Positions 19,126 through 29,957 of a DNA stretch of 64,000 nucleotides are shown here, in pieces. The position numbers and the translations under genes are program-made. Origin of the DNA: an uncultured Candidatus Cloacimonadota bacterium (GTDB lineage Bacteria; Cloacimonadota; Cloacimonadia; Cloacimonadales; JAJBBL01); NCBI GenBank assembly GCA_964490765.1, contig CAZBDV010000010.1, positions 2,451 to 66,450 on the forward strand, written 5' to 3'. Under the pieces are notes generated by a model, which saw only the letters and a list, made by a program, of their open reading frames with translations, was not told where the DNA came from and did no database searches. Numbering within the stretch: position 1 is the first letter of the stretch; each line of letters starts with the position of its first letter.

Positions 19126-21612
19126 CTAATCTGACAGATTCGGGAAGACAATCTTTACGGTTGTTCTGATAAGAAAGGATGGATCATCCCTCATATCGAA
19201 CAAAAACCTCCTGCTCAAATCACTGTCAATATTCAACAGGCTCCGGGCTGTAACAAATCTTATATGTTCTGAAGGTGAATCGATGTAGGGGACGATCAGT
19301 GTGACTGCCTCATCGTCGGAGAACATTCCCAGAGCGGCAATGACGGTTGTGATATATTTTTTCTCTCTGAGAAAGCTGGAAAGATGGTCCAGATAGCTCT
19401 CAATTTGCAGGTCACCTATCAGATTGATAGCGTTTTTGACCTTCAGGGAATCTTCTGCTGTCAGGGCGTCTGCCAGATTATCCTGAAAGTATTCAGAACT
19501 AAGGGCAAATTCGTAAATTGCCCTATATTCCAAACCACTCTTCGTATCGAGTTTGTTCTCTATTATATGCTCTGTAACCGCTTCTTCGAACTCCAATATC
19601 CTTGCCCGGGCTCGTCTTACCCTGTCGACACTACTTCCAACTTCCCATTCGGCAGCAATGGAAAAAAGCTCTTCAACATCGGTCAGATCGTCGATAAAGG
19701 ATATATCTTCAGATACTATCTCTTCCTCATCCTCAACCTCTGTTTCATAATCTATTATCTCTGTATCGAGTCCGATACCATAAAGCCCTCTAACCCAAAA
19801 ACTATCGTTCTGCCAGATTGTATCCGGATAGATATCTACTCCTCCGAGATCCATGAAGATACCGATCCCGCCACTATCCCTCGCCTGATTGGCATAGCCG
19901 TAGTTGATATCGCGGTTGCGCTCGTAACGGTCATCTCCCGCAACATCCAGGAAGATGCCGACTGAATTGGTCAATCCAAGCCCGTTACCACCATCGATTG
20001 AATAATGATCGTCTCCCGACCTGTCGATCAGGAAACCGACGGCATAGTCGTGCCCTGCACCCTGGCCGGGCCCAAATCTCGAGTAGTAGGAATTATCTCC
20101 CGCCTCATTGAAAAGAAAGCCACCCGCCAGGTGAATTCCACTACCCTGGGCGTACTGCACTGCATTGAAAGTATCGTTACCACCACCGGAGATGAGAATA
20201 CCGAGAGCATACCAGTAACCAACGCCCTGGGCATAGATGCCTCCCTCGAAGCTGTCATTACCTCCTTTATCGTAAAGTATTCCCACACCACCACCCCAGT
20301 CGGGACGAACACCGAAGCCGAAACCCTGTGCCATCGAACGGTAGTCATCAGGCCTGAGTGGTTTGTGTTTGTACCTGGCTCCGGTGTAATAGAGGTCATT
20401 ACCGGCGAGGTCAATCAGAATACCTGCTCCAAGTGTACCACCAAAGCCCTGACTGTAACCTGTCGTATGATAGATGTCATTACCCTCGCTGTTAATATTT
20501 ATTGAAATCCCGAAGGTTGCAGCACCGAGAGTATAGCGGCCGAGACGGTAAATATCGTTACCCCCTCCATCGTAATGATACTGAATACCAGCAAAGGCAG
20601 AAAAAGCCAGATCGTCCCCGAAATAGCTGTCATCGCCAGTCCTGTCGATCGAATAGCCTATACCCCCAAGAACCCGGTTCAGGCCTCCCACTTTCCGGTT
20701 ACTCCAGAGATCGTCACCATCCATATCGATTACCAGATAGTAAGGGTGTTTGAAATCATTATAGAGTTCTCCATAATAGTTATCATTACCACCCGGTTCG
20801 ATTATCAGGGCAAACCGTTCATAATAGTTATCGTCTCCTCTCGTTCCAATGACAAAATCGCCCCACTCGGTTGTTTGTCTTAAGGGTGATTTATTGCTGA
20901 ATTCAAACCGGTTCAGGTTATCATTGAGAACTTCAGTGCCGTGACAGAAAACCTTACCTGCTTTTACAAGCATCGCCCAATCTATCTTATCGAGGATCTC
21001 TTTGATCTCAATCAGAGGGAGTTCGTCCAATTCCGAATCTGCCAGTTCCGGATAGAATTTCTCGTACCGCTCATCATCTCCTGTATCTGACCACATCTTA
21101 TAAGAGAGACGGGCAATGAGTTCCTTATCATTCTCTGTCATAGTTTCAAATGCCTGGCTACGGTATCTTTCAGCTGAAAGAAATAGCATCTCTACATAAT
21201 CGAAAAGGTCATACTCATTCTGAACATTGAGAGTCATATAATCCGAGAAATACTTTTTCGATTCAACCACATCGAGTTCTCCGGTCAGAATCTGATCGTC
21301 ATAAGAGAAGATTGTTCCGGCAATACCGGTTATCATCTTTTCCGAATCTCCCTTATTCATCATATCGCGCAGGTTATCGACGAAACCGGGGAATTCCATA
21401 GGACGGTTGATGATATCGACTATACGGTTGATCTTGTATTCTGTTGAGAGTGACCAGTCTTTGATAAAACCGAGAGAATTAGTTTCCTGACCTGCCCGCT
21501 GAAGAAGTGAATCTACGAGAGTGTACTCGTATTCTTCCATTACTGTTCCACTCAGTGTAACCTGTAGAGCAATAATGATTGCCATTAGTAACAGATATTT
21601 CCTGCATTCCAT
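19126..21612 (-). CDS. Large secreted repeat protein: N-terminal domain, beta-solenoid-like GGNDxY repeats, C-terminal HEAT-like repeats
   Basis: Signal peptide. At least 12 copies of G(G/D)(N/D)D-x-(Y/F) spaced about 22-28 aa apart (GGNDNYYG, GDDSYFG, GGGNDIYR, EGNDIYH, AGNDLYY, GGNDSFEG, GGNDTFNA, AGDNSYY, SGDDHYS, AGDDRYE...). The C-terminus has helical HEAT-like repeats. Confidence 0.7.
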   Translation of the reverse strand: MECRKYLLLMAIIIALQVTLSGTVMEEYEYTLVDSLLQRAGQETNSLGFIKDWSLSTEYKINRIVDIINRPMEFPGFVDNLRDMMNKGDSEKMITGIAGTIFSYDDQILTGELDVVESKKYFSDYMTLNVQNEYDLFDYVEMLFLSAERYRSQAFETMTENDKELIARLSYKMWSDTGDDERYEKFYPELADSELDELPLIEIKEILDKIDWAMLVKAGKVFCHGTEVLNDNLNRFEFSNKSPLRQTTEWGDFVIGTRGDDNYYERFALIIEPGGNDNYYGELYNDFKHPYYLVIDMDGDDLWSNRKVGGLNRVLGGIGYSIDRTGDDSYFGDDLAFSAFAGIQYHYDGGGNDIYRLGRYTLGAATFGISININSEGNDIYHTTGYSQGFGGTLGAGILIDLAGNDLYYTGARYKHKPLRPDDYRSMAQGFGFGVRPDWGGGVGILYDKGGNDSFEGGIYAQGVGYWYALGILISGGGNDTFNAVQYAQGSGIHLAGGFLFNEAGDNSYYSRFGPGQGAGHDYAVGFLIDRSGDDHYSIDGGNGLGLTNSVGIFLDVAGDDRYERNRDINYGYANQARDSGGIGIFMDLGGVDIYPDTIWQNDSFWVRGLYGIGLDTEIIDYETEVEDEEEIVSEDISFIDDLTDVEELFSIAAEWEVGSSVDRVRRARARILEFEEAVTEHIIENKLDTKSGLEYRAIYEFALSSEYFQDNLADALTAEDSLKVKNAINLIGDLQIESYLDHLSSFLREKKYITTVIAALGMFSDDEAVTLIVPYIDSPSEHIRFVTARSLLNIDSDLSRRFLFDMRDDPSFLIRTTVKIVFPNLSD

Positions 21613-21863
21613 TTCCTGTCCTCATTTCTTACTTATAACTGACATCTTCTCTGTCCGGCCAATGGGTGTAAAGTTATTTCCGAAGGCCGGAACGTCCAGA
21701 GAAGCAACAGTTTTCAGAGGGATACAGTAACAAAACCATAGGAACCGAAGGAACAAACTATATCCCGCTTGCAGGCTTCCTGTTGTTATGTAAGTATTTA
21801 TGTTGCCACTCCAGCACTGAGAATCAGATGTATCTGGTTTTGCTTAACAGTTTGTTTCTCTCT

Positions 21864-24800
21864 TTACTTAAGGAGAGTCATCTTTTTTATCTCCCGGTAC
21901 CCTCTATCCGTTTGCAGGTAGTAGAAATAGATTCCAGAAGAACAGTTATCACCCTTTTCATCCTTTCCATTCCAGTCAATCTGATGATATCCGGGCAGGT
22001 ACAGATCATCAATGATCAGGGTCCGAACTTTCCGTCCTGCTATGTTGTAGATAGTCAGTGTAACCCTGCTCTCTTCAGCAAGCGAGAATTTTATAAGCGT
22101 ATCGGGATTGAAGGGATTGGGTATGGCATTATGCAGCTTTGTCTCCAGAGGTTCGACAGGATCATCGATACTGCTCACTATCTCATATTCTGCGACAGCT
22201 ATATCGCTCGGAAGCCATTCAGCCTTATAGGCTCGGGCTTTTAGAGTAGTATCCTGGTTCAGCAAAACAGGTTCGCTGTATAAATAGGAATTCTGAGTGG
22301 GATCACTCCCGTTCAGAGTATAATAGATGTGAGTATCTTCGATAGTGCAGCTAATGGTAACGAGAATCTGTTCTTCATAAGTTCCTGCTTCTGGTGAGAA
22401 TGCTGGAGTAGATATCTTTGGCGGGACAATAATCGTTACTGATTCCGAAGGATCTGATTCCGCTATATCATAGAGGGCAGTAACGTAATATGTATAGGTT
22501 GAATCAAACTCGATATCATTGTCCAGATAGTTGAACTCTGTTATCAATTCCTCATTGATCATCTCCTCATTTCTGTAAACATTGAAACCGAGAAACTCCA
22601 GGTTTCGCCGATTCTCTGCCCTTTTCATCAGGGGTGGTTCATCAATTAAGGGCAGCCTGGAAGCATAAAAATCGGGTGAGAGGTACCATACGAGATAGAT
22701 CGACTCATAGTTGTTCTGTGGTGTAGCATTCAGGTATTGCGGGATTGGAGGGGAGACGAATTGCAGTTCGAAATCAACTCCACCTGTCGTAGTGTTAGGT
22801 TCTACAAGTACCTCTTCTATTATGAGTGTCTGGTAGTACTCCAGAGAAGCTCTGACTGCGTAAACACCCGGAATGAGTGGCAGGGAATAATAACCTTCAT
22901 TATCGGGATTGACACTGAAACCGGAAGCGGAAACCTCAACCTCAGATACTTCGCCATATTCTCCTGCAAGGGTGACAATCCCCTCAATTGAACCGGCAGA
23001 AGTAGCATCAGCAATGATAACATCGTCAATACACCAATTTCTGTCATTTTCGGCAGTATAGTTCCATTTGAGTCTGACATCGGAATGACTAGCAATCTGG
23101 GGAACGGAGAGATAACAATAAGCCGGATTGTCTGTTGTCTCTGACCAGCTCTCCAGAGTAACCCAGTTAAGACCATTATCGATACTGTAGGAGAGGGTAC
23201 CTGTTGCAGTGCCGGAACCTCTTCTGAAGTAATGAGTGAAAGAGATAACGGGTTCGACACAGCTGGTCAGATCGATCCTGGGTGTTATGAGATCTGCATT
23301 CTGAGCATTACCAGTCCCATAATAATTGCTGTTGATATATGCATAATTACCAGTTGTTCCTATCAGGCCACTATAAGTCATGGATCCGAACTCCCAGGTC
23401 TGTCCCATTCCATTATAGTCGATACTCTGCCAGAGGTCAGGTATATCGAACGATTCGTTAAAATATTCGCCAAACGGAAGGTTTAGAGAAGAATAATCCG
23501 TTCTCCCAACGGCTCTTCTTCCGGAGGAGTATTCATAGGCTGCTGTATAAGAGAAGGCTTTGTAATAGTATTTAGTATTCTCCTGCAGACCTGTATGACT
23601 GAAGGAGTTGGTACTGCCAATATAGAGAACAGTTCCCCCACCCGGTATCTCTTCCCCGACATCATAGGAAGAACCGGTATCCGGAGAGCCCAGAACATCA
23701 TTCTCCGACCAGATAATCATCACGTTATCGTTATTGCTGTTTTGCTCCCAATCCAGCTCTATCTCAGTCAATCCAGCTGTTGTTGCGGTGAAAAGAGAGG
23801 GGTTCATAACATCACCGAGATAAGTCTGGGTTAAGAGTAGAGCTTCGTTTGCATTGAGTCTCCCACTACCAAGTAGCCCTAAATAATTGGGATTAACAGA
23901 ATAATGATCGTCAGCACTGTCACTCAAGATATCAAGGACTGTATCATTATCGAGTATGACATCATAACGGTAAGCGAGTGAGATAACAAGTGCTGCAACC
24001 CCCGAGACATGTGGACAGGCAACTGAAGTTCCCTGGGCATATTCATATCCATTATTCATTACTGTACTCAAAATTCCTCTGGCAGAGATTATATCGGTTT
24101 CTCCTCCAGGTGCAGAAATATCGATCCAGCTGCCGTAATTAGAATAATAGGCCTTCTGGTCCTGGTTCGTGGTGGCTGCTACAGCATAAGTCCCGGAATA
24201 AAAGGCGGGATACCAGTCACCGGAAGAATCACTGTTACCGGCCGCAAAGATTACTATCCCACCATCCATAACATCCCCGCCACCATTAGTGTTGAAATAA
24301 TCAATAGCATCAAGAACAATCTGCTCATATACACCTGCCGGGGTATAAGTCCAGCTGTTCTGTGATATTGCCGCCCCAATATCTGCTGCTCCTATCATTG
24401 CTAGATGTATATTATTGAAACTATTCTCACTGACAATCTGGGCACTCATCAATCTTATGCCGTCAGAACTGCCGGAACCTCCCGCTATACCGGCAATACC
24501 GGTACTATTGTTGGTAGCGGCTGCAATTATTCCGGCAACGAATGTCCCATGATCTCCAGGAGTTACCGTCATACTGTTACTGTGATAATTGTAACCTGTA
24601 TATGGCCACATATTCGGTGCCAGATCTGCATGATCGTAATCTATACCCTGGTCAAGAACTGCTACAATGACATCGGAATGCCCTTTTTCGATATTCCAGG
24701 CGTTCACCATAGATATATCTGCTCCGGGAGTTCCCCCAACCTGACCAGTATTATTCAGATTCCACTGACTGGTAAACTGGGGGTCATTAGGTGTCCAGCG

Positions 24801-25298
24801 GGGAGTGTCATCTGCAGCGTTTCGCTTAACTTCATAGTTAAGCAGTTTCTTCTTGTACTCCGGTTCAGCGATACTAATTTCCGGTAACTTCTCATAGGCA
24901 GAGACAACTTCAGGAATAGCAAAATCGGTGGAAAAATGCAGTTCATACCAGAGATGGAAACCCCATTCACAATGCCTGGCAGAATTCTTCTCATCCAGTA
25001 ACTCGGAATCGTATAACCAGCGAATATCCCTGACAGCATAGATGCTGTTCAACTCATCAATCGCTGCTATCCCGAATCGGATAATACTTACACCATCAAC
25101 CACTGCGGGTTGCAGGTTAAGCTTAGAAGAATATTCGGGGTTGATCTTTATTCTTATATGTCCGTTATAATAAGCAGATTCTTCCAGAGCAGCCAGGTCA
25201 ATGGGTGGAAGTTCTCCCCTCTGTAAAGGTATCGCGTTGAGAAGCCCACACAGAGCAATGGTGACTGTTAGGATGGTGATCATTCTTCTTAGTATCAT
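21864..25298 (-). CDS. Secreted subtilisin-like serine peptidase (S8) with accessory beta domains and a T9SS C-terminal sorting domain
   Basis: Catalytic triad contexts VAVLDQGIDYDH (D), HGTFVAGIIAA (H), GTSVACPHVSGVAAL (S). Signal peptide. Fn3-like and IYYTLNGSDPT (chitobiase-C-like) modules. C-terminus IPNPFNPDTLIKFSL...SGIYFYYL...KKMTLLK. Confidence 0.9.
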   Translation of the reverse strand: MILRRMITILTVTIALCGLLNAIPLQRGELPPIDLAALEESAYYNGHIRIKINPEYSSKLNLQPAVVDGVSIIRFGIAAIDELNSIYAVRDIRWLYDSELLDEKNSARHCEWGFHLWYELHFSTDFAIPEVVSAYEKLPEISIAEPEYKKKLLNYEVKRNAADDTPRWTPNDPQFTSQWNLNNTGQVGGTPGADISMVNAWNIEKGHSDVIVAVLDQGIDYDHADLAPNMWPYTGYNYHSNSMTVTPGDHGTFVAGIIAAATNNSTGIAGIAGGSGSSDGIRLMSAQIVSENSFNNIHLAMIGAADIGAAISQNSWTYTPAGVYEQIVLDAIDYFNTNGGGDVMDGGIVIFAAGNSDSSGDWYPAFYSGTYAVAATTNQDQKAYYSNYGSWIDISAPGGETDIISARGILSTVMNNGYEYAQGTSVACPHVSGVAALVISLAYRYDVILDNDTVLDILSDSADDHYSVNPNYLGLLGSGRLNANEALLLTQTYLGDVMNPSLFTATTAGLTEIELDWEQNSNNDNVMIIWSENDVLGSPDTGSSYDVGEEIPGGGTVLYIGSTNSFSHTGLQENTKYYYKAFSYTAAYEYSSGRRAVGRTDYSSLNLPFGEYFNESFDIPDLWQSIDYNGMGQTWEFGSMTYSGLIGTTGNYAYINSNYYGTGNAQNADLITPRIDLTSCVEPVISFTHYFRRGSGTATGTLSYSIDNGLNWVTLESWSETTDNPAYCYLSVPQIASHSDVRLKWNYTAENDRNWCIDDVIIADATSAGSIEGIVTLAGEYGEVSEVEVSASGFSVNPDNEGYYSLPLIPGVYAVRASLEYYQTLIIEEVLVEPNTTTGGVDFELQFVSPPIPQYLNATPQNNYESIYLVWYLSPDFYASRLPLIDEPPLMKRAENRRNLEFLGFNVYRNEEMINEELITEFNYLDNDIEFDSTYTYYVTALYDIAESDPSESVTIIVPPKISTPAFSPEAGTYEEQILVTISCTIEDTHIYYTLNGSDPTQNSYLYSEPVLLNQDTTLKARAYKAEWLPSDIAVAEYEIVSSIDDPVEPLETKLHNAIPNPFNPDTLIKFSLAEESRVTLTIYNIAGRKVRTLIIDDLYLPGYHQIDWNGKDEKGDNCSSGIYFYYLQTDRGYREIKKMTLLK

Positions 25299-25525
25299 GG
25301 AATATCAATCTCCCTGTATTTAATTTATAACAGTAACTATCATATATTTCTGATGTCAATAATTATCTGACATCTAACAAGACTATGGAAGGAGAGTTCA
25401 GGCAAATCATTTATCAATTATTCTCATCTCTAACCGAGAAAATGGATTTTTTTTTTGCGCTGGAGTAGAAAGTCGTTAGATTGGTTAGTAAATGATAACA
25501 TAAAGTGGTTGGCAAGGAGTTACTT

Positions 25526-26347
25526 ATGTTAAGAAAAATTATCGAAATCGACGAAGAGAAGTGTACTGGATGCGGGCTCTGTATACCCGACTGTCCGGAG
25601 GGAGCATTACAGATTATTGATGGTAAGGCTAGACTTATCAGCGACCTTTTTTGTGACGGTCTGGGAGCTTGTGTAGGGGCCTGCCCCGAGGGGGCTATGC
25701 ATGTCGTAGAGCGAGAGGCACCACCCTATAATGAAGAGATCGTAATGGAGAATATAATCAAAGCGGGTCCGAATACGATTAAGGCTCATCTGGAACATCT
25801 ACTCGATCATGGTGAGCACGATCTTTATGCAGAGGCAGTAGCAGTCTTAAAGAAGAAGAATCTTCCTGTTCCCGAGATATCCGAGAATGTAGGGAAGATG
25901 GCTTGTGGTTGCCCCGGTTCTCATACGAGAGCGATATCTCGGGAAAATCCAGAGGAACCTTTATCTTCTGTGAAACAGAAATCGGAGCTGAGGCAGTGGC
26001 CTGTGCAGCTACATCTGATCAATCCTCAGGCACGGTATCTCGACAATGCTGATATTTTGCTTGCTGCTGATTGCACACCCTTTGCGTATGCTAATTTCCA
26101 TCAACGATTCATCAAAGGTAAGATAGCAATCACTCTCTGTCCAAAGTTAGACCAGGGAATGGAAGATTATCTGGACAAACTGCTAACGATCTTCAAGACT
26201 CACGATATCAAATCTGTTACGGTAGTACATATGGAGGTTCCCTGTTGTACCGGTATAGTTCTTCTTGCAGAGCGAGCGATCAGGGAATCAGGCAAAAACA
26301 TTATTTTGAAAGAATACACCATCTCGGTAGACGGCGAGATTATCTGA
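25526..26347 (+). CDS. 4Fe-4S dicluster domain protein with a Cys-rich C-terminal domain
   Basis: CTGCGLCIPDCP and CDGLGACVGACP ferredoxin motifs, then further CGCP / CC motifs. ATG at 25526 follows AAGGAG (track start 25505 is a GTG). Confidence 0.75.
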   Translation: MLRKIIEIDEEKCTGCGLCIPDCPEGALQIIDGKARLISDLFCDGLGACVGACPEGAMHVVEREAPPYNEEIVMENIIKAGPNTIKAHLEHLLDHGEHDLYAEAVAVLKKKNLPVPEISENVGKMACGCPGSHTRAISRENPEEPLSSVKQKSELRQWPVQLHLINPQARYLDNADILLAADCTPFAYANFHQRFIKGKIAITLCPKLDQGMEDYLDKLLTIFKTHDIKSVTVVHMEVPCCTGIVLLAERAIRESGKNIILKEYTISVDGEII

Positions 26348-26366
26348 ACCGGGAGGATCAGGAATT

Positions 26367-26966
26367 ATGATACAGAAGAGAATGACGCAATCAGAGCGTC
26401 AGAAACAGATAGTTGGCGAGGCGATGAAGATCATCAACAGGGAGGGATATGCCGCCTTTACGACACGAAGGCTTGCCCGCCAGATCGGTATAAGTGAACC
26501 GGCTATATACCGTCATTTCGCCAGTAAAGATGAGATTATCATCAGCATCATATCGAAGATGGATGATCTCTGGTTAGAACTCGATCTGCTACTGCAGGAT
26601 ATCGACGATATTGAAGAGAAGTTCTGTACTTTTATTATGATGCACTTCCGCTATATCGAGAATAATCCTGATATTCTGGCAGTTCTCTTTGCCGATGAGT
26701 ATATCAGATTGAACAAGGCTGTCAGAGAGCATCTCTACAGGGTAACCGATAAACGATTCAATTTTCTTAACGAACTTATCGAGAAGATCATAGAGTCGAA
26801 TATGACTAAGGGTATCAATCCTAAAGCACTGGCAATAATAATAGTTGGTGCAATAAGAACTACGGCACTTAACTGGCGGAATGCAAATTATTCCTATTCC
26901 CTGGTCGAGATGGGAGAGGATATCTGTATAAATTTAGCGAATATGATATTATGCAACAAAAAATAA
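26367..26966 (+). CDS. TetR/AcrR-family transcriptional regulator
   Basis: N-terminal HTH FTTRRLARQIGISEPAIYRHFASKDEII. 199 aa. Confidence 0.85.
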   Translation: MIQKRMTQSERQKQIVGEAMKIINREGYAAFTTRRLARQIGISEPAIYRHFASKDEIIISIISKMDDLWLELDLLLQDIDDIEEKFCTFIMMHFRYIENNPDILAVLFADEYIRLNKAVREHLYRVTDKRFNFLNELIEKIIESNMTKGINPKALAIIIVGAIRTTALNWRNANYSYSLVEMGEDICINLANMILCNKK

Positions 26967-26986
26967 AAGATTGGAGGTAATTAACG

Positions 26987-28600
26987 ATGTTCTGTTATCA
27001 ATGTCAGGAAGCACTCAATAACAAAGGATGCGAGAGAGTAGGGGTTTGCGGTAAGAAGCCGGAAACAGCAGAATTACAGGATTTACTGATCTATGTCAGT
27101 AAGAAACTATCAGAAACGGCCCTTGAAGCTACAGGGAAGGGCATTTCTACCGATACAGCAGGTGAATTGGTTATCAAAGGGCTCTTCTATACGATTACCA
27201 ATACGAACTTCGATAACGAATCTCTGAAGCAGATGATTCATTCCCTGTGTGACGAGAAACGGCGACTTATGAAGCAGGTTGATCCTGAAAGGGCTGCGAG
27301 AATCCCGACAGATGAGGAGATACTACAGAAGGCCGGAGAGGTTGGTGTGCTGGCAACCAGTGATGAGGATATTCGTTCTCTCAGCGAGCTTTTAATCTAC
27401 GGTCTGAAAGGGATGGCAGCCTATGCAGAACATGCCCTAGTATTGGGTAAGAGAAGCCTGGAAGTAGAGAAGTTCATGTTCAGAGCTCTGGCTACAACTC
27501 TTGATGAAAATCGTGATAAGGACACAATGCTCAATCTCGTAATGGAATGTGGCGAGAAGGGAGTCCAGATAATGTCACTGCTTGATGAAGCTAATACCGG
27601 GACTTACGGTAAAACAGAGCCCACAGAGGTCAACATAGGTGCAGGAAAGAATCCTGGGATTCTCATCAGTGGTCACGACTTGCGTGATCTGGCAGATCTG
27701 CTTGAGCAGACGAAAGATAGTGGAGTAGATGTCTATACTCATGGAGAAATGTTACCTGCTCACGGTTATCCTTTTTTCAAGAAGTATCCACACCTTGTGG
27801 GAAACTATGGAGGCTCCTGGTGGCAGCAGCCCAAAGAATTTGAGTCATTTAACGGCCCGATCCTTATGACGACCAATTGTATCGTTCCACCACGTGAATC
27901 CTATAAATCGAGAATCTTCACCACTGGTGTAACAGGTTATCCGGGATGTGAGCATATCCCCGACAGAAAAGGGGAGGAGATGAAAGATTTCGCGAAACTG
28001 ATTGAGCTGGCCAAAAAGAGTGCCCCACCAGAGCAGTTGGAAGAGGGAAGTGTGTTTACCGGGTTCGGTAAAGATACCCTGCTGGCTAACAAAGAGAAGA
28101 TAATCGATGCAGTCAGCCAGGGTTTAATTAAGAGATTTGTCGTAATGGCAGGTTGTGATGGCAGAATGCCGAGCCGTAATTACTATACCGATGTTGCTGA
28201 CAAATTACCAGATGATACGATCATCCTCACTGCCGGCTGTGCCAAGTATCGTTATAACAAACTCCCATTGGGCAATATTGGTGATTTCCCCAGGGTTCTT
28301 GATGCAGGACAGTGTAATGACTCTTATTCTCTGGCGGTACTGGCTCTCAAGCTCAAGGAAACTCTCGATCTCGACGATATAAATAAACTGCCTATCTCTC
28401 TCGATATTGCCTGGTATGAACAGAAAGCTGTTCTGGTTCTTCTGGCTTTACTATATCTCGGGTTCAAGAATATCAGATTGGGACCAACTCTCCCCGCATT
28501 CCTCTCATTGAATATTGCAACCTTCCTTGTAGAAAACTTCGATATTAAACCGATTGATAACCCGGAGTCCGATATCAATGCTATGATGCATGGACAATGA
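26987..28600 (+). CDS. hcp: Hybrid-cluster protein / hydroxylamine reductase
   Basis: N-terminal MFCYQCQE...C...GVCGK cysteine cluster, 537 aa, conserved CNDS / GCDG regions. Confidence 0.9.
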   Translation: MFCYQCQEALNNKGCERVGVCGKKPETAELQDLLIYVSKKLSETALEATGKGISTDTAGELVIKGLFYTITNTNFDNESLKQMIHSLCDEKRRLMKQVDPERAARIPTDEEILQKAGEVGVLATSDEDIRSLSELLIYGLKGMAAYAEHALVLGKRSLEVEKFMFRALATTLDENRDKDTMLNLVMECGEKGVQIMSLLDEANTGTYGKTEPTEVNIGAGKNPGILISGHDLRDLADLLEQTKDSGVDVYTHGEMLPAHGYPFFKKYPHLVGNYGGSWWQQPKEFESFNGPILMTTNCIVPPRESYKSRIFTTGVTGYPGCEHIPDRKGEEMKDFAKLIELAKKSAPPEQLEEGSVFTGFGKDTLLANKEKIIDAVSQGLIKRFVVMAGCDGRMPSRNYYTDVADKLPDDTIILTAGCAKYRYNKLPLGNIGDFPRVLDAGQCNDSYSLAVLALKLKETLDLDDINKLPISLDIAWYEQKAVLVLLALLYLGFKNIRLGPTLPAFLSLNIATFLVENFDIKPIDNPESDINAMMHGQ

Positions 28601-28711
28601 ACCTGTAGAAAATAGGTGATTCAGTAGTTATATATAACCTTGTGAACTTAATGTCGTAAAGCATCAATTAAATCAAATAACTAACCGATAAAATGAGGGA
28701 AGGAGATTGCT

Positions 28712-29902
28712 ATGAAGATAAAGATCAAGAATAACATTTACTGGGTAGGTAAGACAGACTGGGAGTTGAGGACTTTCCATGGTTATGAGTATTCTACCCA
28801 TCGTGGTTCGAGTTACAACTCTTATCTCATTAAAGAAGATAAGATTGCTCTGATCGATACTGTCTGGAAACCATTCAGTAAAGAGTTCGTAGAAAATCTG
28901 GCCAGTGAGATCGATCTTAATAAAATCGACTATGTTATCGCCAATCATGCTGAGATTGATCATAGTGGCGCCCTGCCGGAATTAATGGAACTCATCCCCG
29001 ATAAACCTGTCTACTGCACAGAGAACGGGATAAGATCACTCAAAGGGCATTATCACAAAGACTGGAATTTTAAACCGATCAAAACAGGGATGAGACTAAG
29101 TCTAGGATCAAAGGAGTTGGTCTTCATCGAAGCACCGATGCTCCATTGGCCTGACAGTATGTTCGTCTATCTGACCGGAGATAATGTTCTTTTCAGTAAT
29201 GATGCCTTCGGCCAGCATTATGCTAACGAATATCTCTTCAATGATAAGGTTGACCAGTGTGAACTCTTTCAGGAGGCGATAAAATACTATGCTAATATCC
29301 TGACACCTTTTAGTCCTCTGGTTAAGAAGAAGATAGAGGAGTTCATCTCGCTCAACCTGCCACTCGATATTATCTGCACCAGTCACGGAGTTATCTGGCG
29401 TGATAACCCGATTCAGATAGTAGAAAAGTATATGAAATGGGCTGATAATTATGCCGAGAACCAGATCACACTCATTTACGATACGATGTGGGACGGAACG
29501 AAAAGGATGGCAGAACATATCGCGAAAGGAATAAAACAGGCAGATAGAGACGTTACTGTCAAACTCTACAATGTCTCTCTGTCCGATAAGAACGATATTG
29601 TTACCGAGATATTCAAGTCAAAGGGTATACTTATAGGATCACCTACAATAAACAGAGGAATACTCTCTGCTATTGCCGGGCTGCAGGAAGAAATCAGAGG
29701 ACTCGGCTTCAAAAAGAAGAAAACAGCAGCATTTGGAACCTATGGCTGGAGCGGTGAATCAGTCAAGATGCTTACAGAAGGGTTGAAGTCTGCAGGCTTC
29801 GAAGTAGTTAACGATGGAATCAAAGCTCTATGGAATCCCGATAATAAGAGTCTCGAGGAGTGTATCACATTCGGAAAGAGCTTTGTTGAGTTATGTAAGT
29901 AG
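28712..29902 (+). CDS. Flavodiiron protein (FprA-type, metallo-beta-lactamase-like plus flavodoxin-like domains)
   Basis: HAEIDHSG di-iron motif. C-terminal flavodoxin-like segment (ILIGSPTINRG...AAFGTYGWSGE). 396 aa. Confidence 0.85.
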   Translation: MKIKIKNNIYWVGKTDWELRTFHGYEYSTHRGSSYNSYLIKEDKIALIDTVWKPFSKEFVENLASEIDLNKIDYVIANHAEIDHSGALPELMELIPDKPVYCTENGIRSLKGHYHKDWNFKPIKTGMRLSLGSKELVFIEAPMLHWPDSMFVYLTGDNVLFSNDAFGQHYANEYLFNDKVDQCELFQEAIKYYANILTPFSPLVKKKIEEFISLNLPLDIICTSHGVIWRDNPIQIVEKYMKWADNYAENQITLIYDTMWDGTKRMAEHIAKGIKQADRDVTVKLYNVSLSDKNDIVTEIFKSKGILIGSPTINRGILSAIAGLQEEIRGLGFKKKKTAAFGTYGWSGESVKMLTEGLKSAGFEVVNDGIKALWNPDNKSLEECITFGKSFVELCK

Positions 29903-29957
29903 ATGATAACGTAATCCTGAAGGGGTTATCCCAGGATTCAAATCAAAAAAAGATAGC

